Origin: Patellaria atrata CBS 101060
Lineage: Eukaryota
Reading direction: 5' to 3'
Length of the DNA stretch: 64,000 bases
Assembly: GCA_010093705.1 (NCBI GenBank)
Contig: MU006089.1
Location: forward strand, 2,839,561 to 2,903,560
Part shown: positions 25,342 through 37,924 of the stretch, one piece after another
Position numbering within the stretch: the first letter of the stretch is position 1
Layout: every line of letters begins with the position of its first letter
The notes under the pieces: model-generated
Seen by the model: the letters and a program-made list of their open reading frames with translations, nothing else
What the model was told of the DNA's origin: nothing
The model's database searches: none
Translations under genes and position numbers: made by a program

Positions 25342-27528
25342 TTTTTCTGTGCGACAATGAAAGATGACCCACGATCGGGAAGAAAACGAAAGGAGTAAAC
25401 AGGGAACGTTTGAGAGAAACGGAAATCGCAACGAACGGGAAATTAAATTCCAATTGAGAAAAACGTGAGAAAGAGGCACGGCAGAAATGGCGTCTCTTTG
25501 GCAACTGGCCAGCTTGCTGCAGATACGCTCGATTAACTGCACGAAGGACTCGGCCTGGTAGCTCAAACAACGGGCCCCTGTGATCTGGCACTCTTAACAG
25601 ACTTTCGGGATACGCTTAGGGCTCAAAAAGGCAACGTTTCACGAGAGTGCATGTATCTCAAGGCTATCGGCCGTGTCGGCATACCGTTACAAATGGTAAC
25701 GCAGGACCAAACAGGGTACGTTTTCTTTTGATTCTTTGCCTATGTCTTCCTCGCTTGACAGCGATCCACGAGGGAGCATGGTCTGGACGTGGGGATCATC
25801 AAGAATTCAAGATAACACGCAGGGGGTAAGAAGGTGGGCGTGGGATGCGGATAGGGATACGGGAAGGATTGCTTTGGCAGAGAACTTAATTCTATCGCAA
25901 TTCGCAAGGAGTTCAGGCCTGCAGTTCTTAACGACTCACGGACCTTATATACAGTGGATTTGCCCCGGATTATGTATGCAAGGCGGGAAACTGCAAGAAA
26001 CTTCAGAACGTCTTCTGGTTCGTCGGTAGGATTTGCTTGTAGGATTGAGCCATACTTTGGAGGTACAGATATGGTGGCTTTTCAACAGCATACTGAAGAA
26101 GTTTTCCACAGCAACACAAGCACCGTTCAACACTCAGCGGTCCGATTATTGCCTTTCCATTATCATCAATAGCCATATACACTATCCTTACAATGGTTAA
26201 AGTAGGTAGCCCAGTGTGGGCGTAGACGGATGAGCCCGCCACTGCCCGCGTCTTAAAAGGTTTCGGAAGTCGAGGCTTTTCATGCCAAATCCAACCTCAA
26301 GTCTTGACAGTATCGCGCTATCCTCATGCCCCATGGCACTTAGACCGAAGCCACTAATTTGATAACGACCATCTAGCGTCCTCCGTTAGATACCAACTTA
26401 TCAAACATCATCCCCATCATGATTTCTTTTGCTTCATCTGCACAGCCCAATTCCCGTTATCGACGATTGCGACGAATGGCGACATTGTACCTTTGAAGCG
26501 CTGTATGCGAGAGAACGAGAACGTCAGAACGAGAACGTCAGAACGAGAACCGACACGCCACCACCACAGACATTCAGCCCAAACTATCGTTATGGTCGCC
26601 GATGAGATGGACCTCAAATTCTTCATCTCTACAGGAGGTTGACGCTGTTGAAAGGTAAAGTAATGAGCAAATTCTTTTCAACTTGATGAGCTGCAAATCA
26701 CCGACGTACAGAATGAGTATACTCCCCATACTTCCCATAACTTTAAAATAATACGGATAGCCAAGAGGGCACTGCAGCAACTGTGCATTATTGATTTCCC
26801 TTTCACTTCTCCGTTTCCATGTTCTGATTGGATTCCAACGTACGAGTCTTCTAGCCTATAGTGGCTGCTCATCCCTCGAGGATAGTACAGAGTCACTGCC
26901 CAATGGTGTCGATCCGTCGAAGCCGGCTTGAATGCATTCACTTGTAACTTGAACTAACTTCGTAGATCCTGATAAACCTCAGCTTAGAACTCAGGAACGT
27001 GGTTAGACTGTACTTCAGACATAGAGCCTCTAATATCCGACATCACGGTTTTGGTCGAAGCGCCAGGCTCTGGTAAAAATTAGCCCAGGCTCAGGCAAAA
27101 TCCTCCTATGCGGTTCTTGTCCTAAAAGGAATATCAGGTTTGTACGACATACATTACTCCGTACAGAAAGGATTTCGGTTTAACCTGTGGAACATCGGGG
27201 CTTAAAGGCTAGCAATTAGCCCACACTAAAGACGGCATTCCCGTTGCTCTTCTGGATTGCTTCTCGGTTCTTCCAAATCCTTTTCCTACCACGGCTACGT
27301 ATCTGTTGCCTGCCCTGGCATTCATTATCGCCTTGCAATGGTAGAGTGATGCAAAAGGAATCACAATCTCTCGTTCACTAAAAGTGCCAGGGACGCTATA
27401 AGCCTGAGACACTTCACTCGATCATGATACACAATCATCTTGTTCTAACCCCCACGACTTTGCTATGATCATTGCTCTTTTATTCCCACCGTGACCACTG
27501 AATCGATCTCCAGACTGGAGAGCACACG

Positions 27529-28899
27529 ATGGATCCTTTGCCAGGAGAGACCGGTCACCGCTTTGCTCTCGTCACGGATGAGAATCATTCAGGATACCTT
27601 TGGATTGCTTCAATACTCTGTTTGGTCTATTCAGCGCTTGTTTTGATTGTTAGACTACATATAAAATGGAATCTATATGGTTTCGACGACCTACTGGTCC
27701 TAATAGCAACGGTAAGTCAATCACAGGAAAATTGAAGACGTCAAAGCTAATGATACTCAGTTTATGCAACTTGGAGAAGTTGTTCCTCTATTTGTAGGAA
27801 TGAAGAGTGGACTAGGGCAGCGTGATGATCTACTTGATGAAGCACAACTTGATAAAGCGGGCACGGTTAGCTACTATAAAAAAAGAATGAGCATTCCGTT
27901 TACAATAGCTAACATCAAGCTCGTAGTCAACTTTTACATCTCAAATATTTCTCATAATAGCACTATGCCTTGCAAAATGCTCGATAGTGTGTCTTATGCT
28001 ACGACTGTTCACGCGAGATATGAAAGTCACAAGAAGATCATGGTGGTTATGCAATATCACCCTCGCCTTAACTATCGCCTGGGGAATCGGAGCGGTTGTG
28101 GGGACGTCTACTGCTTGCACCCCATCGAGCCTTCTCAAAGAATCAGCCGCGGACCAGTGTGCGGAACCACTGACACGCTGGCGGATCATCACTGCTGTCG
28201 ATGTTGTGACTGAACTATTGCTCGTCCTCCTCCCCATCATCCTAGTTTGGCCTATTCAAATGAAAAAATATATCAAATTCCAAGTCGTCCTTGCTTTCGC
28301 ATTCCGCATTCCGTAAGGCTCTCAGAACCCATTTTTAAACAGTCAGTCATGCTAAATTATACAGCGTCATCGGCTTCTCCCTAGCTCACCTTCATTTCGT
28401 TTCCCGATATGACTCCCGTCGTCCGGTCAACACTTCCCAAACCATCATCCCCGCTCTCGTATACCTCCAATTCCAACTCTTCTGGTCCCTCCTTTCCTCC
28501 ACCATCCCCTCTTTGAAAGCTTTCATGAAATCCTTCAACTCCGGCTTCGGCATGGAGATAGACCTCGACGGCTACGGCTACGGCAGCCGGCAATACGGGT
28601 CGAACTCTTACCGGCTCGAGACGATGGAGTCGGCGAAGGAGGTGGCGGGGAACTCGAAGGTGGGGATGAAGGTGCATCGGAAGCATCACGATGATGGTGG
28701 CAAAGGGGAGGCGGTGAAGAGGATCGTGAGCCAGAAGAAGGAGTTCAGACCCGAGACTGTGGGGACGGAGACGAGTATTTATCACCCCGAGAGGAGGAGA
28801 GAAGATGGGAGTAGTGTTACCAGTGATGGGAGTCAGGATATGATCATCAGGAGGGATGTCCAGTGGACTATACATCATGAGGATGTCAAGGTCATCTGA
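27529..28899 (+). CDS. PTH11-like (fungal rhodopsin-domain) integral membrane protein, no CFEM seen
   Basis: GFDDLLV, GLGQRDDLL, LCLAKCS, DVVTELLLVLLP, KFQVVLAFAFRIP, TIPSLKAFMKSFNSG and C-terminal SDGSQDMIIRRDVQW motifs; three introns. Confidence 0.85.
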
Positions 28900-29004
28900 G
28901 GACTCGGAATAAACGGGATAAGAATGGGTGGGATAGGACCGGTGGGGTATGGGGATCAGGTAAAAGGGGCACAGGCTTGGAAGGGAGGCGATGGGAACCT
29001 CATC

Positions 29005-29006
<2 letters not shown>

Positions 29007-29073
<67 letters not shown>
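29007..29073. repeat. Poly-G homopolymer (~67 nt)
   Basis: Uninterrupted G run read directly from the sequence. Confidence 0.95.
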
Positions 29074-29074
<1 letters not shown>

Positions 29075-29421
29075 AGGGGACACCCTGGCGCTCAGGAAGT
29101 TTATCCTTTCATCTAGTACTCTGGTTGTTCCTTTTCTTCTGCATTCGATTCCTGCGACCTGGCGTCGAGGAGCTCGGCGATTTTTACCGAAAATGAAAAA
29201 AGCGACGCGGGTTTACGACTTCACGGCGAAATGTAGATAGTATGTCAAGAGTAGATTGTATGATTATCGGAAGTAGTTGAAGAAAGAATTTTGTCGTTTT
29301 GATTATCCACAACCTTTTCATCACCCAAACAACCTCCTCCCAAAAATGACGAACACGATCTTTCCACACTTTTATAAAGCCCACCTCAACCCCCCTTCTC
29401 CGCTCACCTTCTCCCAAAATC

Positions 29422-30498
29422 CTACCACTCCACCTCATTCACCCTCACACTCACACTCACCCCCTTCCCCTTCCCTCCGGTTTCCTCCCCCCTTCCACCC
29501 TCCTCACCCTCCCCCCACGTCCCCCGATCCCTCCACAAACACTCCCCGCCCGGCACGCCCCCCAACGGATTCCCCACCCCCATGCCGCTCCACCCCTCCT
29601 GTACCCTAAACCCACAAGAGCGATAAAACCCCACCTTCCCCTCCCCCGCGACCACGCTCGCGCACACGTTCTCAGATGCCGCGGCGCGCATACCCCAGGC
29701 CACGAGGGCGCGGCCCTGGCCGGAACGTTGGTAGAGGGGGTCGATGCCGAGGGAGGCGAGGTAGTAGGATTCGGAGCGCGGGCCTGTGTAGAGGTGGGAG
29801 GTGTAGGGGGCGGCGGTTTGGAGGAGGCGGGTGAGCGGGGGTGTGGAGGCGCGGTTGGGAGAGAGGGTGGAGAGGAGGGCGGTTAGGGAAAGGGCGAGGG
29901 GGTGGAGGAGTGAGCCTGGGGGTGTGAGCGTGAGTATAGTGGGGTTGGGAGGGTGAGAGGAGGTCGTGGGATGAGAGGAAGTTGTGAGGATGAGAGCGGA
30001 GAGGGAGATATCACGGAAGGGAAGGGGATATCACGGTCACTTTTGGTGTTGCACGAGTATGTGTAGTTTTTTGTTTTTTTTATTTGGATTGGGATTTGGT
30101 ATTGGATGTCCGGCACAGGAAGAATGTATGTGGAATAGGACTATGTGAAAATGTCACCTACGTGGATCCCACCATTTCGGAGCCATTTTCCTCCTCCCTT
30201 CCTCGCCCAGTCGTTCCCAGAGCGCTACGCCCGTCACGAGCTCTTTGCCTTCATGTTGCACGACGGCGACGATGTATTGGTGTGTCCAGTCCCACCAGTT
30301 GACTTGGAATTGACGGAGCCAGTACAGTTTGTTGTCTTCTGGGAACTCGTGACGGCGCGGGTTGATGATGTTGCCGAAGAGCTCGTCGTCCCAGAACGCG
30401 GCTGTTAGGACTTCTGCAATGCGGTATTGCTCGGAGAAGCGGGCGGGACGGATGTAGAAAGAGGGCTTTGGGTGTAGAGGAGGGGATGAGGTTGACAT
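29422..30498 (-). CDS. GNAT-family N-acetyltransferase
   Basis: Exon 1 IRPARFSE..AAFWDDELFG..VTGVALWER; exon 2 YYLASLGIDPLYQRSGQGRALVAWG (acetyl-CoA binding motif) and GKVGFYRSCGF. One long intron of roughly 245 nt. Confidence 0.88.
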
Positions 30499-31561
30499 GG
30501 TGGAAATAAAATATATTGATCGAAGAATTGGTGAAATGATGTTATGCCCCAAAGAAATACATTCATACACAAATTACACGAAGAGTTAAGGATATCACAG
30601 AAACATTGAAGTACAGAGTATACACTGACAGACGATAAAGACACCTCTGCAGACTAGAGAAAAAATATCAGGCCCTACCTTGCCATACTTACATCTCTTT
30701 TTCCCGAGCTTATGGAATCTCTGGGATATCGAAATCTTCCCCACGCTACCCATCCGCCCTACTGACCGTGCACCCACGTTTCACGACTCGAGCAACAGGA
30801 TCACCGTTCTTATCCGATCCCCAGCTCTATGCACCCGGGATGGATAACCTCATCTCTGTCTATGCCTCACGCTCGCATTATCGAACCCGATCTAACCAGA
30901 CTGTTTTTCCTTTTTGTCTTGCGCGTGGAATTGAGCCATCAGTGTCTCCCCCTAGAACTCTTTAGGGCCGGGCCTTGCATCGCCCATTTGACTTCGCGAG
31001 CGCCATCGTTTTTTGGTGGTCTGGGCAACCGTGCCGTCCCGCAGGGGGAGTACAGTGCTGGTCGGGACTTTGTGGTCGTTTTTGCTCGGTGGCGGGTTGC
31101 ACGAAATTGTTAGGGAAATCCTTCGGGGACATAGGAAACGAAGAAAAGACGTTCGAGGCGCTGATGAAGAAAAAGGAGATTTGAGGTTTTGGAAAAATCT
31201 TGACGCTTATCAGATGAAAGCAGTCACGTGATGGCGCTTGGCGTATCCACTGCGGAATGAGGGAAAAAACATCTTGTCGCTGGCTCACTGCCATCTCCTT
31301 CCTACAATCCGATAATTCCAATCTATCAGAATCAAATATGATTGCATCTCTTTGTCTATGCTTGTAGAATCAAGAGTTCATTAACTGTATAAAGTGCAGG
31401 CGGCAATGTGAAGGCACCAGACCTCTAAGAATGAAACCATCTTTTTTTCCAACTGCATCATCTTCTTTCCTCTTTCTCTATCTTCATTTATCTATATTGC
31501 TAACCCTAGACCATGATACCTTCATGATACCTCGATACTATTGAAAAGCTACTTAATTATC

Positions 31562-32530
31562 ATGCCTAATCTGATTGTTCGCATCCTTAACACTCTTCTG
31601 CCGTTCACCGACCCAGATACTCCACTTTCACAGGACATCGTTCATACGCTTGCGATATGTATCCTTCTCTACTTCGCCCCCCATATCCTCGATCAACGGG
31701 TTCAGAATCATCAAAGACAACATCAAGAGCAACTAGAGCGACAAGTAGACAATATTCAGCCAGACACTGGTGATATCGCTCGAGCAGGGGCCATTGATCT
31801 TGATGCAGATGTACCACTTGAAAATGCAGATCCACAACTTGAAGAGGATCAACTAGAAGCTCCTGGATTTCAGGGAAATGCTCTTCCGGATCAAGGCGTT
31901 CAAGACCACGCTGCTCCTGACATTAATCCTCGCGCCACTCGCGTTGTGGGTGCAAAGAAGGCGAAATCTCTCGCACGACGTGACCAACGCCGAGCATATC
32001 ATGAATTCCAGCGCGCTCAGGGCGAGCGTCAACGTGCAGCTGATGCAGAAGGTGCGGAGGAAAGAGAAGCTGCATTACTCGAGGAGAAGCGCCGACGTGC
32101 GTTGATAGAGATGGAGATTGAGGAGAAGCAACGAGTAGAACGGGAAGCCAAGAAAGAAAAGGAACGAAAGGAGAAACAAGAAGAGTTGACGGCACAAAGG
32201 GAATGTCTAAGACTTGTAAGAGACCGCCTAGAAAAAGCTGGATCTGTGGACCTCACGTCTGTCGCGAAGTCACTCCGCAGGCCAGTAGAATGGGCTGAAG
32301 GGCTTGTTCGCGCTGGTGGGATCCTTGAGAAATCAAAAAAAAGTGGCAATATAGTCATCGCCATGTTGACCGGTGAGAGTTGGGTGGTGCTAATCGATCA
32401 GGATATGATGGATGAGGTATATAGGAATGCGTTAAACCCTAGGCCCAATGATGATGGTAAGGTCACGATGGAACAGCTGGGTAGGATCATAGAAGATAAA
32501 GTTAGGGGAAGGGCGCTTGCAGTTCGATAG
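31562..32530 (+). CDS. Membrane-anchored coiled-coil protein resembling DDRGK1/UFBP1
   Basis: Single exon, ~322 aa: hydrophobic N-terminal segment, acidic linker, VVGAKKAKSL followed by an E/K/R coiled coil, and a C-terminal winged-helix-like region. The family assignment is an inference. Confidence 0.75.
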   Translation: MPNLIVRILNTLLPFTDPDTPLSQDIVHTLAICILLYFAPHILDQRVQNHQRQHQEQLERQVDNIQPDTGDIARAGAIDLDADVPLENADPQLEEDQLEAPGFQGNALPDQGVQDHAAPDINPRATRVVGAKKAKSLARRDQRRAYHEFQRAQGERQRAADAEGAEEREAALLEEKRRRALIEMEIEEKQRVEREAKKEKERKEKQEELTAQRECLRLVRDRLEKAGSVDLTSVAKSLRRPVEWAEGLVRAGGILEKSKKSGNIVIAMLTGESWVVLIDQDMMDEVYRNALNPRPNDDGKVTMEQLGRIIEDKVRGRALAVR

Positions 32531-32891
32531 CTTGTCCTTCTTCTACGAACAAAACATTATTCAAAGGAGTCCACCAGATCTGTGAGATCTAGATCACGTG
32601 ATCGCGCTCCAGGGACATCCGACTCATTCACCCCTAGATTTCGATTTTGATGAAGCCGATTGAAATTCTTTGCGGTAAATGTTATACAATCTTCGTGATG
32701 TTTGTCTCTGGTATGGAGTGACAAGGTCCATGGATTTCAGAGTGATATCTTCCTGTCTCAACCAAGACCGCCGAGCAAAGAATGTGCTAACTAGGATCTG
32801 GTTGAAAGTGAGGAGAACAATCAAATTCGTTATCTACTACCTCAGCTATTTCAGACTCCACGTATGCTGAGTACTAAAAGATTGAACTACG

Positions 32892-34305
32892 ATGACTTCG
32901 AATTCTGAGTTACGAGACGCAATTTCTATGCGGCCATTGGCCTTTCACTCTGACAATTCTCGTTTCGAGACCCCACCCCCGACCTCTTCCGAGCGCCAAA
33001 TTGGCGCTACAACCGCCTTTGAACCTACAACTCCTACTGAAGGAGACCATGACCCCATTGCTCGTCTTCCCACGCGTCTTACAGGACAAAGTGACCCTGA
33101 AAGGCAGAGTCTACCTCAGTATAGTGCCGCCAACGATCCATATGAGCTATCCAGTAAGATAAAGACACCAGATGAACTGCAAGCTATCAAAGCAAACATC
33201 GCTCGAAAGCGCGAGGGATGCAGCCGTATTTCCCAAGGCAAAGACAATTGGAAAGCAAGAAAGATTCATGAATTCTATGACAACCAGAATGAGAACATTG
33301 AAAGGTTGTTGAAACCTGTGGACGAACATGTACGAGAGGCAAAGGACCAGCAAGGAGATACCCATCTGAAGTTTAAGATAGCAGTGAATGGCAGCTTCGC
33401 CGCCAATGTCATTCTTGCTATCTTGCAACTATATGGTGCTATCAGTTCGGGCTCGCTGTCCATTCTCACCACTATGGTTGACTCAGTCTTCGACCCTCTG
33501 TCAAATCTTATGCTTATCCTTTCAAATCGTGCTGTCAATCGTGTAGATCCACGGAAGTTTCCCTCTGGAAAAGCACGTATCGAGACAGCTGGTAACATTC
33601 TGTTCTGCTTTTTGATGGTTGCAGTTTCGATGATCATTATCTGCTTTTCCGTCAAAGACCTCGTTGATGGCTCTAAGACCGAAACAAAGGGATTCCATCT
33701 TCCAGCCGTCATTGCTGTTACCATAGCGTTTACAACCAAGTTTGCACTGTTCCTATACTGCTGGTCGCTGCGTAATACCTACTCTCAAGTCCGAATTCTC
33801 TGGGAGGATCACCGAAATGATCTCCTCATCAATGGATTCGGTCTTCTAACATCCGTTGGTGGTAGTAAGCTCAAATGGTGGATCGATCCTTTGGGTGCTG
33901 TCATTCTCTCCTTGACCATTATTGGACTATGGTTACATACCGCCTATTCTGAGTTCCAGCTACTAATCGGGAAATCAGCTGATACGCAGATGTTGCAATT
34001 GATTACTTATATCTGTATGTTCTTCCCCCTTTCTTGTATTGGTGTGTATTAATTCTCTCCCAGCTATGACGCATTCCCCATTTGTTCGCGCCATTGATAC
34101 CGTTCGCTCATGGCACAGTGGACCACGCCTCATTGTAGAGGTTGACATTGTGATGGACCCTGATGAGACTCTTCGAGCTACGCATGACTGTGCTGAAGAA
34201 CTCCAGATGAAATTGGAACGTCTTCCACACGTGGAGAGAGCGTACGTGCATGTGGATTATGAGACTGAGCACTCTCCTGAGCATTTCTGGAAGAAAGATC
34301 TTTGA
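32892..34305 (+). CDS. Cation diffusion facilitator (Mn-CDF/MTP-like) metal transporter
   Basis: FYDNQNENIERLLKP, DSVFDP, FPSGKARIET, WEDHRND, WWIDPLGA and, after an intron at ~34015-34063, AIDTVRSWHSG..VERAYVHVDYE. Confidence 0.93.
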
Positions 34306-34803
34306 AAGCCCCTGGGTTGACATCATGATAGGATAGCGAGCATTCACTGACGATGAAACGGGTAACAACTCGACGATTTCATTTTTGACCTATTTACAAT
34401 TGCGGGTTCAGTTCAAGCTGACGATTTCGAAATACCCTCCCTGAGCGGCATAAGGAGTAATAATTCTTTGCACATTCTGTAATTACGTACATACAATTGC
34501 ACTTCAAATTCTTGCAAGCATTTTGCATCAATTGCTTTTGGGGCTTACTGCAGGTTCTCTGTGCTTACTGTACGCCATATACGTGGGATGGGGAGTGATC
34601 CTTGATGCCCCGCACCGACATAGCAACAGGCCAACCGCAATGCTGGAAGAGATACATCTTTGCAGACATCCAATCCTGTAATATGCTTTCCGACCGTCAG
34701 CAAGATTGAAAGGCAGTGACACAAAACTGCTCGTCTCATATCATGCATGAACTCATTTCTGACAGCATTCCGTTCCCTTGGAAGATGAGCCGTATCCAGG
34801 GCT

Positions 34804-35940
34804 ATGGATTCCTCTTCCTCCAATTCCGGGATATCGGATAAGGATCGGATCATCTGCGATGATACAGCTCGGAGACTCTATCCATCATATACTGTCACTC
34901 GCAGTCCTTTCCAAGGTGCTTGTAGCTATACACTATCATTGTCACCCAAGGATGACTATCATCACCCAGGGAAACATCAGAGCACTGGAATCCCCCTTAT
35001 TTTGCAATTTAGACCATCCTGTTACCCCCTTGACATGACAATAGCAGCATTGGCCAAAGCTACTTACGGATCATTCGCTCCTAGGACCGACGCAGTCGAT
35101 ACATTGGCAATATCTAAAGAGAAAGTTTTCTTGATGTACGAGATCGAGAGGCTAAACGGTGTACCATACAGCAGCTGCCAACCTCAAGTATACCATCTCG
35201 ACGAACATACATTCAAGAAGCAAGAACGCTTAGTCTCGGGGTTCGCAGATTTCCTATCCCGCGGCTGGGTTTCCACAGCAACTTCTCGAGGCCAAACAAC
35301 TTGTACCGGAAAAGTCGGCTCCCAACTCACCGCAAGACTACATCAACTAGCGCAAGAGCTACCTTCCCACGAGTTGCGAGCATATGCACAAAGGATATTC
35401 CAGGAGGTCCTGAGCGGGAAACTGGACATCCTCCCCCTCGTCCTCAATCACGGAGACGCGATACCGTCGAACCTCATGCTCGACCCGGACACTTTCCGCT
35501 TCGTCGGCATGGTCGACTGGGCTGAGTCCGAGATGCTGCCGTTCGGGACGTGCTTGTACGGGTTGGAGCTTCTGTTGGGATATATGACCACTGTCCCTTC
35601 GAACTCGTCTGTCTCGTGTTCCGTCCACGTGTTTCGGTATTACGAGCAGGCGGACAGTCTTCGGAGTGTGTTTTGGGAGCGGCTCGGATGTAGGACTCCG
35701 GGGTTGGCGGCGTCTGGGATTAGGGCTGCGGTGGAGCTGGCGAGAGATGTTGGTGTGCTTCTTTGGTATGGGTTCGCTTGGGATGGGGGGAAGATCGATC
35801 GTGTGGTCGATGGGGTGAGTGATGCTGTTGAGGTGAGGTATCTTGAAGCTTTTTTTTGGGATTTGGGCGAGGAAAGAGCGGGTCGAAGCTCTAGTGGAGG
35901 ATATACCGTAACTGGTTCCGCTGATGCAAAACTGGACTAA
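34804..35940 (+). CDS. Aminoglycoside phosphotransferase/choline-kinase-like protein
   Basis: 378-aa ORF with QGACSYT, ILQFR, Brenner-type motif LNHGDAIPSNLM, GMVDWAESEMLPFG. Confidence 0.85.
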   Translation: MDSSSSNSGISDKDRIICDDTARRLYPSYTVTRSPFQGACSYTLSLSPKDDYHHPGKHQSTGIPLILQFRPSCYPLDMTIAALAKATYGSFAPRTDAVDTLAISKEKVFLMYEIERLNGVPYSSCQPQVYHLDEHTFKKQERLVSGFADFLSRGWVSTATSRGQTTCTGKVGSQLTARLHQLAQELPSHELRAYAQRIFQEVLSGKLDILPLVLNHGDAIPSNLMLDPDTFRFVGMVDWAESEMLPFGTCLYGLELLLGYMTTVPSNSSVSCSVHVFRYYEQADSLRSVFWERLGCRTPGLAASGIRAAVELARDVGVLLWYGFAWDGGKIDRVVDGVSDAVEVRYLEAFFWDLGEERAGRSSSGGYTVTGSADAKLD

Positions 35941-36317
35941 TACTTCGATTTGTGGGAATTTATACTGGAATCTCATACTCGTATTGGACTGTTTCACCTA
36001 TCTCTCCTTTTCAATTGCTACAAGAGTTAACTTGCACGGAATCCCCTAAAGAAACTCCGCAACGTGTATCAGTACGTACAATACAATCAAAACCTTGCCC
36101 TTCCTATTCCTAACCAACAACACCAAATACCCAAACGGCACGTACAGTACAGTATCCAAAACACCGAAACACCACAATGCCCCAAACTCCCCACCTCAGC
36201 CTGACATCCATTCCCCCAAAACCACCATACACCAAACACCGAACAGACAACTCGACCCAATGGCATTCAACCCCTCCAAATAAGGACCCCCACCCCCCTA
36301 AAAAAAAATTAATAAAT

Positions 36318-37043
36318 CTACAATCCAATCCCCCTAACCGCCCACTCAACCTCCAACTCGGCCCTCAACCTCTCCAAAACAACCACGACACCATCGACCG
36401 CGGCCGCAAAATCATACCCGCGACACATCTCCGCGACAGCGCATCTGGGCCGCGTCACGCGCACCGCGAGGAGGTAGTCCGTCAGGGCGCGGCGGTAGGT
36501 GCGGACTTCTGGGGACACTACGGGTTGTTGGTTGTTTTGTGTCCCGGGTGGGTGGCGGGTTGAAGGAGGATGAGTTGAAGGAGGATGAGTTGAAGGAGGA
36601 TGAGTTGAAGGAGGATGGGTTGAGGGAGGATGGGTTAAGGGAGGATGGGTTGAGGGAGGATGGGTTGAAGGAGGATGGGTTGAGGGGCTACGAGGTGGAT
36701 CGTATAGGGGATAATGCGGGAGCGGAACCGACTCTGGTACCAGTGGTGGGTCCCGCGCTCGTCCTTGGCCTCGCAGGGTGGGGGATCCGTAGGGGGTGGA
36801 GAGGACGAGACGGACGGCGCGCTCTTCGCCTATGGCGCCGTAGGGGCAGGCTGGGGGACTCCGCGGGCGCTGGGGGAGGATCATTGTGGTAGGGACCATG
36901 GGGGGCGGGTTGGTGGAGGGTGGTGGTATGCTGGCTGGGTTTGAGGGAGGGGTGATGATGATAGCGGGGAGTATGGGGGGCTCGTCTTCTTCCTCTTGGT
37001 TTGGGGTTGGGAACTCTTGTAGTTTTTCTTGTGGGTTTGACAT
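36318..37043 (-). CDS. Proline-rich hypothetical protein with PPSTH tandem repeats
   Basis: Open frame from MSNPQEKLQ through ~8 PPSTH units to a helical-looking C-terminus (TYRRALTDYLL..LERLRAELE); TATA-like sequence upstream. Confidence 0.55.
   Translation of the reverse strand: MSNPQEKLQEFPTPNQEEEDEPPILPAIIITPPSNPASIPPPSTNPPPMVPTTMILPQRPRSPPACPYGAIGEERAVRLVLSTPYGSPTLRGQGRARDPPLVPESVPLPHYPLYDPPRSPSTHPPSTHPPSTHPPLTHPPSTHPPSTHPPSTHPPSTHPPSTRHPPGTQNNQQPVVSPEVRTYRRALTDYLLAVRVTRPRCAVAEMCRGYDFAAAVDGVVVVLERLRAELEVEWAVRGIGL
36559..36687. repeat. 15-bp minisatellite (gttgaRggaggatgR, ~8.5 copies)
   Basis: Tandem 15-mers read directly from the sequence. Confidence 0.9.
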
Positions 37044-37924
37044 TGTTGAGATTGTTGAGGTGAGGTGGTATAGAGCGGGTGGATATGAGGGACGAGGATT
37101 GATATAAAGGTTATAATGATGTAGAGCTTTTGAGTTCTGTGGGAAGAGGATCGATGTGAGGGATTCATGGTGTGAGGAGCTTCTGTTATATAGGATAGGT
37201 TGGATTTGGGTTTTAACTATTGCTCTGGTCAAAATGTCGATTATCTTAGAGTGGAGAATAGGGGTTTAGCTGGTTAAAATATCTATATGTTCTGATTGGA
37301 AATTTGACTGTGGCCATACTGTGGACAGCCTCACCAACTGTCACTTTTGTCATGGCTGAGGAAAAATCTAGTTCGTAGTAGATCAAGAAATGTCTTATCT
37401 GAATATTTGGTACACTTCCGCGAAGTCGAGAACCTGAAAGTGCAAGCTTCTAAGATAATCGAGCTTAGAAGCATACAAGGGAGTAAAGTTGTAATATATT
37501 ATTTGATATATTTAAATTTGACCAACATCTTATACTTACCTCAGTAACTGTAATGTTCTACTCAGTATCTCCATTCCAACGTCGTTAAGATGATGTGGAC
37601 TTACAGAAACATCATGGGAAACACAACAACAAAAATATTCGCATCTTCAACATACTTCTCAACACAAATTTAAAAGAATGTCCTGGTGATGTCTATTACA
37701 TAGATCAAGAAGTTCACAATACAATAACAGCATATTTTCCCTAACTCTCTAAAGATTAAAAAAGAAATTAAGGGAGGAGAAAAAAATGCAAAAGAAATTA
37801 CGAAGAATCCCAGAAACCGCAATTGCGAGTCAACGACTGTGTGATCCAGTCTTCTGTGGCGAATCAGTCCATAAGTGCGATGTTAAGCAGGCTTCTCTCA
37901 CTATTTTAAACGCGAATATTCTTA

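Noticed and set aside
26509..26551. Short tandem repeat of gagaacgtcagaac-like units; also a 14-bp duplication at 25160-25187
   Set aside because: Ordinary slippage duplications with no further structure.
28977..29240. Poly-glycine ORF
   Set aside because: Produced only by the G homopolymer; non-ATG start.
34545..34853. 102-aa minus-strand ORF overlapping the kinase-like gene start
   Set aside because: No recognisable motifs and it overlaps a better-supported gene.
36539..36892. Plus-strand ORF with LKEDE/LREDG repeats
   Set aside because: Antisense shadow of the 15-bp minisatellite; no ATG start, and the minus frame is longer and better supported.
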